A DNA stretch of 64,000 bases, taken from Tubulanus polymorphus (lineage: Eukaryota > Animalia > Nemertea). The DNA lies in the NCBI RefSeq assembly GCF_964204645.1, contig NC_134026.1, positions 10,439,950 through 10,503,949 of the forward strand. The letters run 5' to 3'. A model generated the notes under the pieces. That model saw only the letters and a list, made by a program, of their open reading frames with translations. It was not told where the DNA came from and did no database searches. The position numbers and the translations under genes were made by a program. Positions 11,706-24,788 of this stretch are shown in pieces (within the stretch, counting starts at the first letter, position 1; the number at the start of each line of letters is the position of its first letter).

Positions 11706-14700
11706 ATGGGTCCCGGTCAACCTAACAAACCGTTTACGTCATTTTTCATTCGAGACATACTCAAAAAACCGAATTCGTACAAACGCACGGTCTCCGCGAG
11801 ACCACCAAATCACGGACAATGTTGTTTATCGCCGTTTTTATCCGCTTCGAGCACGGTGTCTTCATCGTTGTCAACATCGAGACGACAAGCAAGGCTCGGG
11901 ACAGAATCAGAGACAAAATCTACGACGCCGCTTGATGCACTCTTCAAGATGACGAGCAAAACCTTTGAGGGGCTTGACAACAGAAATCTCATTAATGTAG
12001 CAGGTACGTAAAGGTAATCCACAATATTGAAAATATTTTGTGAAGTTATTACTAAATTCTGTCACTACACTATAAAGCGAATGGAAGTCAGTGATAAACA
12101 CAATATCAGTATAAGATTTGAAATTACGTTAACTTAATCAACATCGGCAATCATTAATATTACTTGATATGGGATTTTAAACCTTCGAAGCTGATTCTTG
12201 GGGCAGTTAAAAAGAAATTATCCAAGATATTCTAAACTACTCCTACGTAATAACTAGGACCAAAAATACATAAAGAGAATATATTTATGTATTTTTGCTA
12301 TGACTTGCAACAAAAATACATAAACCTTATGTATTTTTAAGGTAGCTAATGAAAACTGTTATGAATATTATTCATATTTATCTTTTATTTCATTCATACA
12401 TGGAAATTATATATCGATTCGTATCAACTTTGAAATCATTTATTGAAATTTCGATGAGTGAGCGCGTACGTGCGTAAGTAAAGCGACTTCAAACTAAAAT
12501 AAATTTTTTTGTGGAACTTTTTTACATCTAAAGATATGATTATATCGCTTACAAAATGCGAAAATTTGAGCGAAACTTTGACCACAGAAAAAACCAATTT
12601 GAATACGGGAGAAAGATATCATTAATTAAGGAAATTGCGGAAAACATTTGCGGAAAATATATAGAAAGCGAGTAAAGATCTTCTCGTAAAAAAATCACTT
12701 TCGACCGCAGAAAAATATAAACGGCCTGTGTTTTTCGACAACTCTTTAATTTCTAGTAGGCATTAGGTTAGATATATGTAGGCCTACGTGTTTCTAAGAA
12801 GTCCGTGCGTAAATACATTCGCCTCTTTTGAACTAGGTCAGGCTACAATTTTTAAAGTTCGAATCTACGGGTTGGTTCATTTCAAGTTGATACGGTTGAG
12901 CGATATTTCTGATAGTCAGACGTGTAGGATTTCGGTAGCGTTCTCGCTGTGGGTGATGTTGTTTCTGTAGCCAAACGATACGCCTGTACACGCACGATCT
13001 TCCGTCAATCAAACTACAAATTAATTACCAATCTTGCAAACATTTAACCCGATGACACGCGAGATGAAACGTTTTACTATCGAAGTTTACCGAGGCCCGA
13101 GGCTTCTTGATAATAAAGTTTATTCAACAAGGCTTCGAAATGTTGTTATCATTAGAATACTCGACTATTTATGTTGAATTGCGACCCAATACCCTTGAAA
13201 TGCGTACAAATAAGTTATTTGGCAATAAAGAATATGTTTCCTGATGTGAGATGGATGTATAACTCCTTTTAATCATCTAATATGTTTATGGATGTCAATA
13301 TTCATGAGGATTTCCGGTGTTTGATATTTTCATCTCGTTTCGTTCCTGCAGAAGTTTCTATCATTTGAAGCGTTTCCTTTTCAATTCAAAAGCGAGTTTG
13401 AAAACCATTGGCGAGAAATTTATATACACAAAAAGGTGTCAAAATAGTTCGGCTCTTTTGCGTGTTTGTGAAGTGAAATATTATGGTTATAGAAGACAAA
13501 TAACGCCAGAATTGTTGGGATAAACATCGACTTGATGAAGTGCTGTATCCGTAGACTGAGCGCCGCCACTTAGGACGTGCAGTTTACGTAAGGCACCCTA
13601 TAACGAGGAATAAGCGTAGTCCATCATCTACTAATAAAACCGAAACGCATAAATAAACAAACAACACAGCAGATAAATAAGTTGCTAAATGTATCTTTGA
13701 ATTTTTTTGTATTTTGTATCAATGCCACTAATACGAGTAGTTAAACGTTGACTCAACCGTACTGTGCACTAATTACATGTCATACCCTATACATCGAACT
13801 TTTTGAAAATAAGATATATTCATTCGATTTCATTTCTGAAAACAAAAGTTAAGGCTCAATTAATACGCGTACGAAGTAGTACGAAGGAGAATCAGACTTA
13901 TTAACATCCGGGCTCGTTTCCGTTGAGTAATCAGGGCGATGATCGAAGTAATATGCGTTGTTTGTTATCAGTAATTTTCCAATTTCCAATTATTATGTTC
14001 TTGATTGCTGCTGCTTAGTCTGAAGCTACTTTCTACATCACCGTGATTATTCTAATTGCGCAATTAAGTAAAAGCAATCGTATTTCCACAACAGCCGACT
14101 CTTCAGCCGCGGGGGAACTTCGTATTATTCCGGCCAATATTTAACAAATTGGAAGCTCGGCTAAATAGACGAGCTTGCCACGTCTGCTAAATACTTCGAG
14201 GCAATTAAGAACAAACAAAACAGTAAAATTAGTTAACGAGGCTCTCATATATACAAAGTTGTCAAAGTGATAGATTAGCCAGCAGTTGGTAGCTTCCCAC
14301 TTCAGCTGTTACTGCCATTTGTACGAATAACAGTAATTACAAACGAAAGTTTACACGTGTCTAAGAACTGAGAATTATAGAATGAAGCTCATTATTATTC
14401 ATATAAATCATGGACTCGAAAAGCGAGTTTTCAGAGACGGAAAAACTGCCGACAATGGCGATGAAATTGAAAGTTTTCGTAGACAGTGTCATCAAAGGGG
14501 AATCGTTTATAAACGATTAATGTTTTAGTACTGCTGTAAAATAATAGAAGGATAAGATTTTATCTAATTAAAGTCGATCAATTTAAACGCATCACTGAAA
14601 AAAAGTCGAATGAACCATAGACCTACTATCACAATGATATATGCCTACATTAGAATACGGTTTACTAATCACTTACTTATAGATCATGCAGGCGTCAGGC

Positions 14701-17700
14701 GGCCTAGTTTAAAAGATAGAAAACTACAAAATATAGATAAAACTTATGGGTGTCCTCGGGATATTGAAAAAGGGGTGAACTTTCTATGTAAATGGGCCAA
14801 ATCCACTAGATCCTTCCACATACTGCTGTTAGGGCTTTTTAAATGAATAAATGACGAAATTAGAGCTAGATCTTTGGGTACGAAGTTTGGAGCAAGCACT
14901 CTGTATGGCAGTAACAAAACTTTTCATTATTTCTATCCTTAGAGACACCTAAGAAACATCGAAATATACTCAATCAAAATGGGACCGCGGAAAATTTTTT
15001 CTTGGCGCTTAACCTGATATGGTGATATCGAAGTTATTTGAAATTTACGTTCACTTTGGGACAATGTGCAAGGTTTAACTGACTTCATTATGCAAACTCT
15101 GTTACATATGCGTAGCTGGCTGTTGCAAAGAAATTGAAATTTGAAAGCAATAAGTTTGAGCGAACAGTTGTTTCTCTGAGTTCATGATTTTGTCATAGAT
15201 AGGGTTCTCTTGGCGTATGGTAAATCGGCGCGCTCATGAATCTCTTTTGTGATGGACATCGGGCGCGAACGAACTTGGCACAGGATGTGTGAAATGCCAG
15301 ATCCTGTTTCAGATAGCTATTTCCTAAAGACGAAAACCATTACTGCGCTCATTAACGCGGATTTATTGGGGACAAGTGGTGGTTGTTAAACTAAACAACA
15401 GATAACATTACACCTTCAAAGAGCTAGTATCCCAGTTTCACGCAACAGTTGCAACAGTTGAATTTGTTCCATCAATCATTCCACCAAATTGGATACGCCG
15501 TTAAAAATGCGCCGTTGGATTTATCCAATCAGTCAACGCGTAACCATGTTTTACATCTTCTAAAATGAATGATGGCACGTTGGAGGGAGTTCAGCATATA
15601 TATGTATTATGTACATTTTTATAATATAGGAATGTTCAATTACATATACATCAACTTAGGAACATACAGACGGTCCCTACAGGTGCAGTGACAGGCCTGC
15701 CTACCTATTTCCTGTTAGTTAACCAGTCCTAAAAATGCACGAGGGGAATCTGACAACCTTCGATACCGTTTTCAGTTATTTCGCAAAGTTTTTAAGTTTG
15801 CACAACGAAGCAGTTTTAATTCTCAAGCTAAGACGAACTGCATTGGTACTGGTTTATGGTTATGAATATATACTTTAGCTTACATTGCCTCTACGCTCGA
15901 GCGTGACCATCACATTCTCATGTATGATTATGGAAAGTACTGGTGGCTAATTTGACATTGAGTGATACTCGGATGGAGACAGTACTTTATATCGTCTGCC
16001 GTAATTATCGGGCTCATTATCAAATAAAAACATCCCTAGAGTTTTAGTAGATTTACAAGCGGCCCGACATCGGTAACCCCACTGTCAATTTTACCATCAA
16101 ATGACGAATAACTGACTCTTCGCAGCTCGGGTCTAATTACCCGATACTGATAGCTCGGTAAATTGGACGCGATTTATTCATAACAGATTGGTACTGTTCA
16201 ACTTCCATAAAAGGTCCGTAATTTGGTAAGCAGATCCACGGGGACAAGCAGAAAAGGTGCAAGATCGAATTACATCCGATCTGCATCGTATAATATATGC
16301 AAACGATGTTGAATTACTTCGTGTCTTGGAAATGCATTTTATCGTGATAAATAAGTTCGCGGAAGCTCATTTATTTCCATAGTGTCAAAGCATGGTGGAA
16401 TTGCCATATAATGTTTGTCATATCTACATGTATAATATCAGCTTCTTGGAGCAGATGTAGCGTTTCAGTTTTCGGTATTCACTGGTTTGAAAATTTATTT
16501 GCTAGTTTCTAGATCTAACATGCTACGGAAGCGTCTAGCGGCCATCATTTAGAAATGAAAACAGGAAAAATAACTTGAAAGTTTATTGACGCCTTGCAAA
16601 AAAATCATCGATAAACTCATTTTGATTTGAATATCGAATTGAAATGACCGTCAACCAGTCTTACACCGATATTTGATGACGTTATAGTGCACATCCTCTG
16701 AAAATTATCAACATCTATCAGAATTGAAACAAGATTTACGAAATATATAATTTAATTACAAAATAAACGCCGAAATTCACAATTGTAATTGTTCTTTTGA
16801 AACGCCAATATTGATGATGACGGAGTGCACATCGACTCATACATGCAGAACCCCCTTACATAACGCGTACTAGGTATCAAAGTATGTAAACATTATTGTC
16901 ACAGTTTTTACGGCGTCAAAAAAATTGATCTCGAGTCGAGATATATCTCAACATAAAATCATTAACGATTAATAAAATGATTTCCGGATCTAATGTCGAA
17001 TTATTATCTCTTCGCAACTGCAGAACTTTTTATAAATCGTAAATTGATATCGAGATGATAATAATTCTATGTTAAATCGAATTTTATTTTCCGAATGATG
17101 CCTCCGCTCAGTGGACTCAGTGGACGAAAAATCGAATTAAAAAACTTTTAAAAACTAAAAAAAGGAACATTTTTGATTTTATTCTGAGATAACAACTCAA
17201 CATAAGATCAGAAAAACATTTAATTAATTGTAAATGAATCAATTATCGAGATAATTACTAGACATAAGACCGGTCTAAATTTGGTCCGGTCCAATTTAGA
17301 CCGTACCAAGCGTTCACACGGGCAAAAATACCGTTCCAAATTAGACCGGTCTAATTTAGCACGGTCTAAAAGAGCGAACCAGGTCCGGACCAAATTTTGG
17401 ACCGGTCTAAATATGCGTGTGTGGACAGAAACTGGTACCAGGTCCGGTCTAAATCGTAATTCTGAATCTCTGCGGTAGATGTCGCAACCTCTGCGGTAGA
17501 GTGTGAGTCCAGTTTATTAAGTTTTAAATGCTGTTATTACCGTTTATGTAATCATTCTTAAAAAATGTTTTTCCTCCCTATTCAATGGAAATGTTTGGAG
17601 CGTTATTCGTATTCGTATATCGCGATCATCATCCGTTTTATTGCCGTGCTTTGAACCGTGTTTAAACGATACTTAGAGTTTCAGCATGATAGAATAAAAT

Positions 17701-20700
17701 CGAATTCGCAAAAATGTATAAACCTGACAGAGGATCGAATTGGTCAAATGAAGAATGTCTTGCTCTACTTGGAATCTGGAAGCAAGACTTCATCCAGGCG
17801 CAATTAATTATTTAGCAGATGGCGACATCTTGTGGACCGGGTGACAAGCGTTTTATCACCGCGTGTCAAAACGCCGTGTGAAGGCTCACCAAAATTTGGT
17901 CCGGTCTAAATTTGGACCGGACCAGGTACGGACCCATTTAGACCGGTCTAACTAGTTGTCGTGTGAACGCGGCTAATGATTTTATGTTGAGCTCGACATG
18001 AAAACTTTTATTTTTCCTAAATGATGTTGCCAGGACGCTATTGCATTCATCTGCATTTTCCGTCGAATCTGAAGTGTTAAATTTGTAATATGCACAGTAT
18101 ATGCAGTTGATATACATGTACATAGTATTTCGTATATGAATTGATTGACAAAATGATTCTTCTATGTATAAATGTGTAAAATCTTTATCTAGCTATAAGA
18201 GGCTGTTCAAAAATGACGTAACGCATTTTTCGGGACATTTTGTTACCCCTTCTTCTGTAACAAATATCGGCATACCCCCAATAATATGAGGTAAGAAAAG
18301 TGCCCCCCTCTCCCCACTATTTGCTAGAATGTTTACCACGGTACGGTTTCTTGATGAGTTATGTTAAGCCGGGCGTACGTAGGTCGGCCTTGCGACGGCT
18401 TGCGACTCACTGCGATCGCGTCGCAACGACTCACCGACCTACGCTACCTTGCGACTGCCAGCGACGGGTTGCGACTGCCAGCGACGCCAGTCGCATTGAG
18501 TCGCACATGTTCTACTTTCTGCGACGCGACGCGACCGTCGCAACCGATCTACGTGCTCTTGCGACTGGGAGCAACTAGTCGCACACAGTTGCTGACAATC
18601 GCGTCGCAACCGACTTACGCCCCGACTTGTGACGCAACGCGACGATTGCGTCGCGTCGCAAGGTCGACCTACGCCCGGCATGTTTTACAGTTCCAGTTAA
18701 AATAAAGCATTATTATTTTTTTTCATACTGAGAGATCCAAACATTTTGTACTGCCACTCCCAAGACGCGTTACGTCTCGCCGGTACTTTAACAATTTTTT
18801 CGAGGGGTGCAAAATTTGTGATTCAAAAAAGATGTGACGCTAGGAGATTTTTAATGGATCGTTTGCTTAATTTGCGAAAATTGATTTTATTTCATTTATC
18901 GGGCTTTTAAACGGCTGTAAGATTTATGCCAGCCTAACTACGATTTCTTCTGATCTTGCGGGCGTCTAAACATCTGGACTTTATCTTGACTGACAATATA
19001 GTACATACACACAGTTCCCACAGTTACATGAATTAAAAATTCGCAAGTTTTTTCCCAAGTATTTCATGGTTGATTTTTCAATTTTCCAAACTGGAAAATG
19101 GGGTCTTCGTAAAAATGAACAGAATGGATACCATCGTACTGCAGGATGCATGTGATACTACAGTCATCATATTAGTGGTGACTGGTTGATAAAGGTGATT
19201 TTCTAGTTTCTAGAAAAATTACTGAAGAAAAATGCCCTTGGCAAATGTAATACGCGAAATGAAAAAAAAATCTACCAAGTTTCCTGATCAAAGAAAGATT
19301 TCTCAAATTCCCAAATATTTCCAAACTGGGAATACTATTTCCAAATTCCCAAGTTTCCCAAATTCCATGTTCTGTGGGAACCATGTACGTAATAGCGTCG
19401 ACAGTAGCCTACTGGCATTTTTGGTAGATCAGAAGTGAGGCTGGCGATGTAATAAGATTTTAAGATTCAAGTTGTCCTTGGTACAATTGTCGATGTAGGT
19501 TTAAAAAAACAAATCAGTCAATAAATGATCGAATTAGATAACTATCAGATGCTATCAATTCGTCTCAATCGTTGCTTCATTTATAAAGAAAGTACCCTTC
19601 AGTAGCCTGCCAACCCTGTTGACCATGTCACTCAAAAGTTAAAGTTAAAGTAGTCAATTGGCTTTTGGGTTTGGTTACTGGAGGCACGTAATTGGCGTGC
19701 TCCCAATAGCCCCGAAAACTGTTGCACTATTTTCAGTCGCAATTAGTACTCAGAAAAATAATTCATCAAAATTATTAACCTTGCTCTAATTCAAGTTAAC
19801 AATCTCCCCAGAATTTACATGCAGCAAAACCAATGATTTTCGGAGGGAAATGCAAGCTCAGGGACGATATCAGTCATATTTATTCAATCTGAAGTGCAGC
19901 CCCTATTCAAAAAACTTATTCTTCTTATAGAAATACGAACCCCAGTGTTTACGAGGACCAGTTTAATGGGAGGAACAACAAATATCAAACATCTCCCCGC
20001 TACCGGTCAAGACATTACCCCTAAAAATATTTCTTCGCATTCTTCTTCCCTCCTTTCCTAATTCACCAATCCCCATCCCCCATTATCGTACATAGAGTAT
20101 GACTTCACTCATATAATTAACTATATCTCAAATCTTGACTTCCATTATGTTTGGCTTCCTGCCTTTCTCAGCCGCTATCCGCCCAAAGGACGGGAAATCT
20201 CACCATCTTACAATTGATTTCATTGACGTTAATTCGGCTTTATTATCTCAATGTGGTGGTACGTTTACCTCACTATCCCGGACGGGTAAACCACGAGTAT
20301 GAACATATCTTCTACATGATCCTTTTTCAGTATCTATTTGTCTTATCTATGTATCTAGTCAATGTTTCTGAGCTCCTGTCCCAACCTTTCTTGGTAACAG
20401 TTGTATTCTTGAATAACTGTAATTCATTATTTTATCACTTTGGTTTCTCTGATGATGGAGTTTTGCTTAACTCCGTAACTGTCAGACAATAAACGCTTTA
20501 GTATCAACTATGGGTTTTTTACTCGTTACATCTATACTATAAAGCAGAACGGACGGTATTTACCGCGACACATTATAGGGAAATTAATGCATGTATTGAA
20601 ACCTCCTTTTACTGAAGCTTAATACCAGTTTTTCCGTCGTCAAGTTACATGTTTCAAACAGATTGGTGATCCGAGGGAGTCACAATATTCATTCTAAGCC

Positions 20701-22207
20701 CGGGCTAAAATTCGGCTATAAAAGATGTGTTCGCCATCTAACAGTTAAGTACCGTACTATGCTTCTGTAGTAGTACTATAGTATTTACTGACCTGCAGCA
20801 TCAGAACAGTACATTACACAGTTCTCTCAACACTGATTTGTGCCTCAGTTGTTTAAAATATTGGTTAAGACATTCATCACACGTAATCTTTGGATCAAAA
20901 TTAATATGATTGGAATTAGCGATATGTTCTGACTGTGTTGCCGACCCATATGCAGCCTCTCAGAATGGTACTTAGAGGGGGACAGGCCCATTGCGTAGTT
21001 TTTCAGAATGGTTCCATACCACAGACAGGTTACTGGCAAATAAGGAGGCCCAAACGCAGCCTCTCGGAATGGCTCGGGGGCTGCGGATGCGTGCGTTGGT
21101 GGTAAATTTTATAAAAGAGCGTTCAAATAGTACATACGGTTTTTGGGGAGGGGGGCAAAGAAAAATGTGCGTACTTTTCTGGCAGGAGCTCTCTTGAAAA
21201 ATGTATGTATACACGAAAAAAATAATGTCAAACAGTGATACAAAATACAGAATCCTAATATCATCGTCGAGCGACTACCTTAGTATTTTTCAATTAGGCC
21301 TAATGGCAGTCCCACAAGTTTAGCATGATAACATGCAATTCGTTGGTTGATTGGAGGGGCATTTCAAATGAACGTACGGGTAGTGTGCTCAATATAGTAA
21401 GTGATCGAACAAGAAAAAGGGTGCCTTAAAACCGCTGGGGCAGAATTGAGGGTCAGAACAAATGGTTTTGTACCAAAGACGGATCAGACGGGGTAGGGGA
21501 GGTGTGGGGTTGGTTCCAAGAACTCTGAACATTTGAAGCATTTAGATTCATTTCCCGGTTAATTAAAATGAATGTATTTCAAAAGCATAATGCAGGATTC
21601 AGGATTTATGCGCCGAGGTGGTGTGCTCACGACTAATACACCCATGCGCTCAACGACAAAGCCGTCCATTGGACGGGTATTCAGCTAGTCTATATATATT
21701 TACCTAATTTATTCTTTTTCAGACGCAACAAAGCGCGAACACTTCCACATATTCGGATCCAAAACGCAGCCGGCAAAGAAACGCCGCAAGTCGCGAACGG
21801 CTTTCACGAACCAACAAATATACGAACTAGAAAAACGATTTTTATACCAAAAATACCTGACGCCGGCTGACCGTGACGAAATAGCCCAGAGCCTCAGTCT
21901 GACGAACGCACAAGTGATCACGTGGTTTCAGAACAGACGAGCGAAGTTGAAGCGAGATTTGGAGGAATTGAAAGCCGACGTTTCTCACACGAGTTTAGTA
22001 TCGTCTGATGAAGATGATGCAGACGACGAGCCAGACAGTTCACCGACAACGGCGATCGGTTTCACGGCGAAAAAGTGCGATCCGAATCGTAATAGTGCGT
22101 GTAGCATACATGTAGAGACTGATCCCGATGATGTCACGAATGACATGGATATCATTAATTCATCAACCGAAACTGAAGATCAACTCCGAAACGATGAACT
22201 GAAGTGA
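11706..22207 (+). CDS. Lbx: Ladybird homeobox protein (260 aa); exons 11706-12003 and 21723-22207
   Basis: Exon 1 has the eh1 motif TSFFIRDIL and the Lbx motif TPLDALFKMTSKTFEGL. A phase-1 GT..AG intron joins in frame. Exon 2 homeodomain is KKRRKSRTAFTNQQIYELEKRFLYQKYLTPADRDEIAQSLSLTNAQVITWFQNRRAKLKRDLEELKAD, with Lbx-diagnostic ITWFQN and RDLEE. Confidence 0.96.
17267..17974. mobile_element. PIF/Harbinger-like MITE (copy 2, left end clipped) in Lbx intron
   Basis: High identity to 6984-7236 plus 8030-8501. Ends gtgtgaacgcggc followed by TAA. Confidence 0.85.
18368..18679. mobile_element. GC-rich MITE with internal tgcgac/gtcgca repeats
   Basis: TIRs gccgggcgta..ggtcggccttgcgacg / cgtcgcaaggtcgacctacgcccggc. 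Confidence 0.75.
19011..19386. mobile_element. Degenerate MITE
   Basis: gttcccacag..catg / catg..ctgtgggaac inverted ends. Confidence 0.45.
20444..20489 (+). ncRNA. Degenerate minimal type I hammerhead ribozyme motif (Penelope-like element 3' end)
   Basis: tct-CTGATGA-t-ggagtt(ttgctt)aactcc-GTAA-ctg-TC-aga, followed by AATAAA. The core GAAA is mutated to GTAA. Confidence 0.55.
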
Positions 22208-23119
22208 TTTTGTTCATTTTGATTTATTTATATATTCATATTATATACATATATGTAAATATCATGCTTATAAACTGGATAATAGCGCGGATTACGATCG
22301 CATTACATTGTGTTTACAATATTTACAGAAAACATGTCAGACCTCATCCAATATAACTAACGTTGTTAGTTGATCTAGTATAATCATCATGGTTAAAATG
22401 GATACGGCTTTTGAAGCGATGGCTGTTCATAAAAGATGTCAAAAGTCTTGTGCGCTCGGAGATTTTGTGGACAATGGGTAGAGGAGTTATTGTTTGAATG
22501 TCGACATCCTTCTTTCTGCTTAATTCCTGTATGCCAGAACAATTAATCATTTAGCGCATTACATGGATGATTATTTTAACTTAATAGAAGAGAAATAGAT
22601 ATAAATATAAATATGTTATCAAGATAATGTATGGAATAATAAACTGTTACAATCCAGAGAGTATAATAAATGATTAAGTGAATGAAAAAATATTTTTTGC
22701 ATGACTGGAAATCCGATGTCTTTAATCGCTTATTATTTCGATGGACAAGGGAGGGACAGGAGGTTAATGAAATGTAGAGATGGGGGTCAAATTCTGCAAT
22801 TTTGTGTGGATGTCTTGTATGGACGGACTGCCCGTCATCCGATGATCAACTACGTATAGTAGGCTACATGCAACAAACGTGATCAACTAACATTTTAACA
22901 TTGGATGAGTTGTTCTAAAAGAGCTGTCAAGAAATTAAAGAAATGACCTATTGATACTAAAAAGAAATATCCTGCACTTACCTATGCTTCATTTGTTAAA
23001 TCTCAACTTGTCATTTATAACGCTTATTGATATCGTGCACTAATCATTGAAACAGCTTTTGTCAATGCAAATTTTCTTGTGGACAATAAAATTTCTAATC
23101 TAATCTAATCTTTTGCTCA

Positions 23120-23244
23120 GGACCCAGTTTCACAAAAAGTATTAACATCTAAATCGATTTTAAGATAAACTGAATACATGTAAAAGGAAGAAAATAAATT
23201 GTCGATTCAAAAGAGTTAATCTAATTTTTTTGTGAAACTGGCCT
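23120..23244. mobile_element. Small MITE
   Basis: ccagtttcacaaaaa / tttttgtgaaactgg inverted ends. Confidence 0.6.
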
Positions 23245-23517
23245 CTCACTTAATGAACAGTTTAAATCTCAAATTGTTTTCATTCACTCCCTAGTGATTG
23301 ACATTTGTAAATAGTATTATTATTGCAAAGTAAAACTGGAAAAACGAAATGGGACTTACCTGTGCACTAGACATTACACACGCAGGATACAACAATGTCG
23401 CCATCTATGCATTACATTATGAATTTTTGATTATATTCAGAGCATTGACAAAAGAAGTTAAATTCTGCATCTGTATTAAATAATTATGTTTCACTTGGCC
23501 CCCAAGACTTTGATATA

Positions 23518-23687
23518 CAGTAGACTTGGCCCAAGTCGGATCCGATCAACTCAGATAGATAACCATTCAACTCGGACGTTTTTTGAAAACAATTTTTGTG
23601 ACACTATTTCGAAATATCCAACTCGGATATCACTTATGTCGGACAGATTTTTAGTCCCAAAAGACCCAACTTGAGTTAGGTCTACTG
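23518..23687. mobile_element. Tc1/mariner(pogo)-type MITE
   Basis: TA-flanked CAGTAGAC..caagt / acttg..GTCTACTG. A relative lies at 38211-38399. Confidence 0.7.
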
Positions 23688-24104
23688 TAGTATACCATTG
23701 CACGCTTGAAAGTTATCTGAGGACAAAATGACATCAGATTCAAGTAACAACTCCATTAGACGTGATGGTGAAGATAACATTGTGAGTTACAGAATTATTA
23801 CACGTAGATTAATCAATTGTCAATCGATTTACGAGTGAATCACCTTTTTGTGCGACTGGCCCTGGCCCTTGTTATTGAAATATGGATAATTACATGAAAA
23901 TGTATGACAATAATTTGACCTTTAAAAGAAACATTGACCAGTTTGAAAATCCTAGATTCGCCCCTGGCGTAAGACCAGTTTCAATCTGCGGCCACAACAG
24001 ACCAGAAAATCTGTTATAACCATTAACCAATAGTTTGTCATATACATTATGAAATTTATCAAATTGTCCGAGGGAGATGAAATTCTAAGTTTGTTAAATA
24101 AATA

Positions 24105-24589
24105 CAGCCAACTCCGCTAAATTCGTATCATTGGGAACCAATGATACTGATTGAGTGAAACACGAATAGAGCAACTTTCAATTTACAGCATTCCCAACAT
24201 GGTCACCGTTTTAACGTTAAATAAAGCCTGGATGACTTAAGAAATTCTAAGTTGTTCGAAAATAAATCATGTTTATTGAATATTGACTAAATAAACCTGG
24301 AAAGCATGAAGCAAAAAGAACGCTCCCTTTTCTTTGATGGTGTCAAGGTTTTCGGGGACACGTGTAAAATTGGAAGGGTCACCCGGAAGCAAACGAAACG
24401 GATTAACCAGGTCAATTACTACATAATTTTAAGGATACGGACGGAAAATCGAGTAAGGAATCTTGCAAAAATATAAGTTATTTCTACTAGGAAAAATCTC
24501 TTAAGGATTGAACTGGAAGAATCCAGACTTGTCAACTATACAAAATCGGTTAAAATACAAATTTGCTTCAAATAAAGCAGAGTCGACTG
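24105..24589. mobile_element. Tc1/mariner-type MITE
   Basis: TA-flanked cagccaactccgc / gcagagtcgactg imperfect TIRs. Confidence 0.45.
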
Positions 24590-24788
24590 TATCCGATATC
24601 CAAGTTTGGTACAATACCTATCCACTGTAGGATAAGCTTATTGAGGATTCACCAAATAATTGGAATCATATGAACAGGAAAATAATGTTAACTATCTGTC
24701 AGAAGTTGTGAACTTTCATGTTTTTTTTCTCACTTTCTGCAATGGTTCGAAATGAGACAACCGAATTGAAATTATCTGACGAATAACA

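Noticed and set aside
11632-11952. Alternative-frame ORFs over Lbx exon 1, and ORF 21709..21921 antisense to the homeobox
   Set aside because: Shadow frames of the real Lbx exons.
18300-18705. Three overlapping Arg/Ala-rich ORFs
   Set aside because: They arise from a GC-rich MITE with internal repeats.
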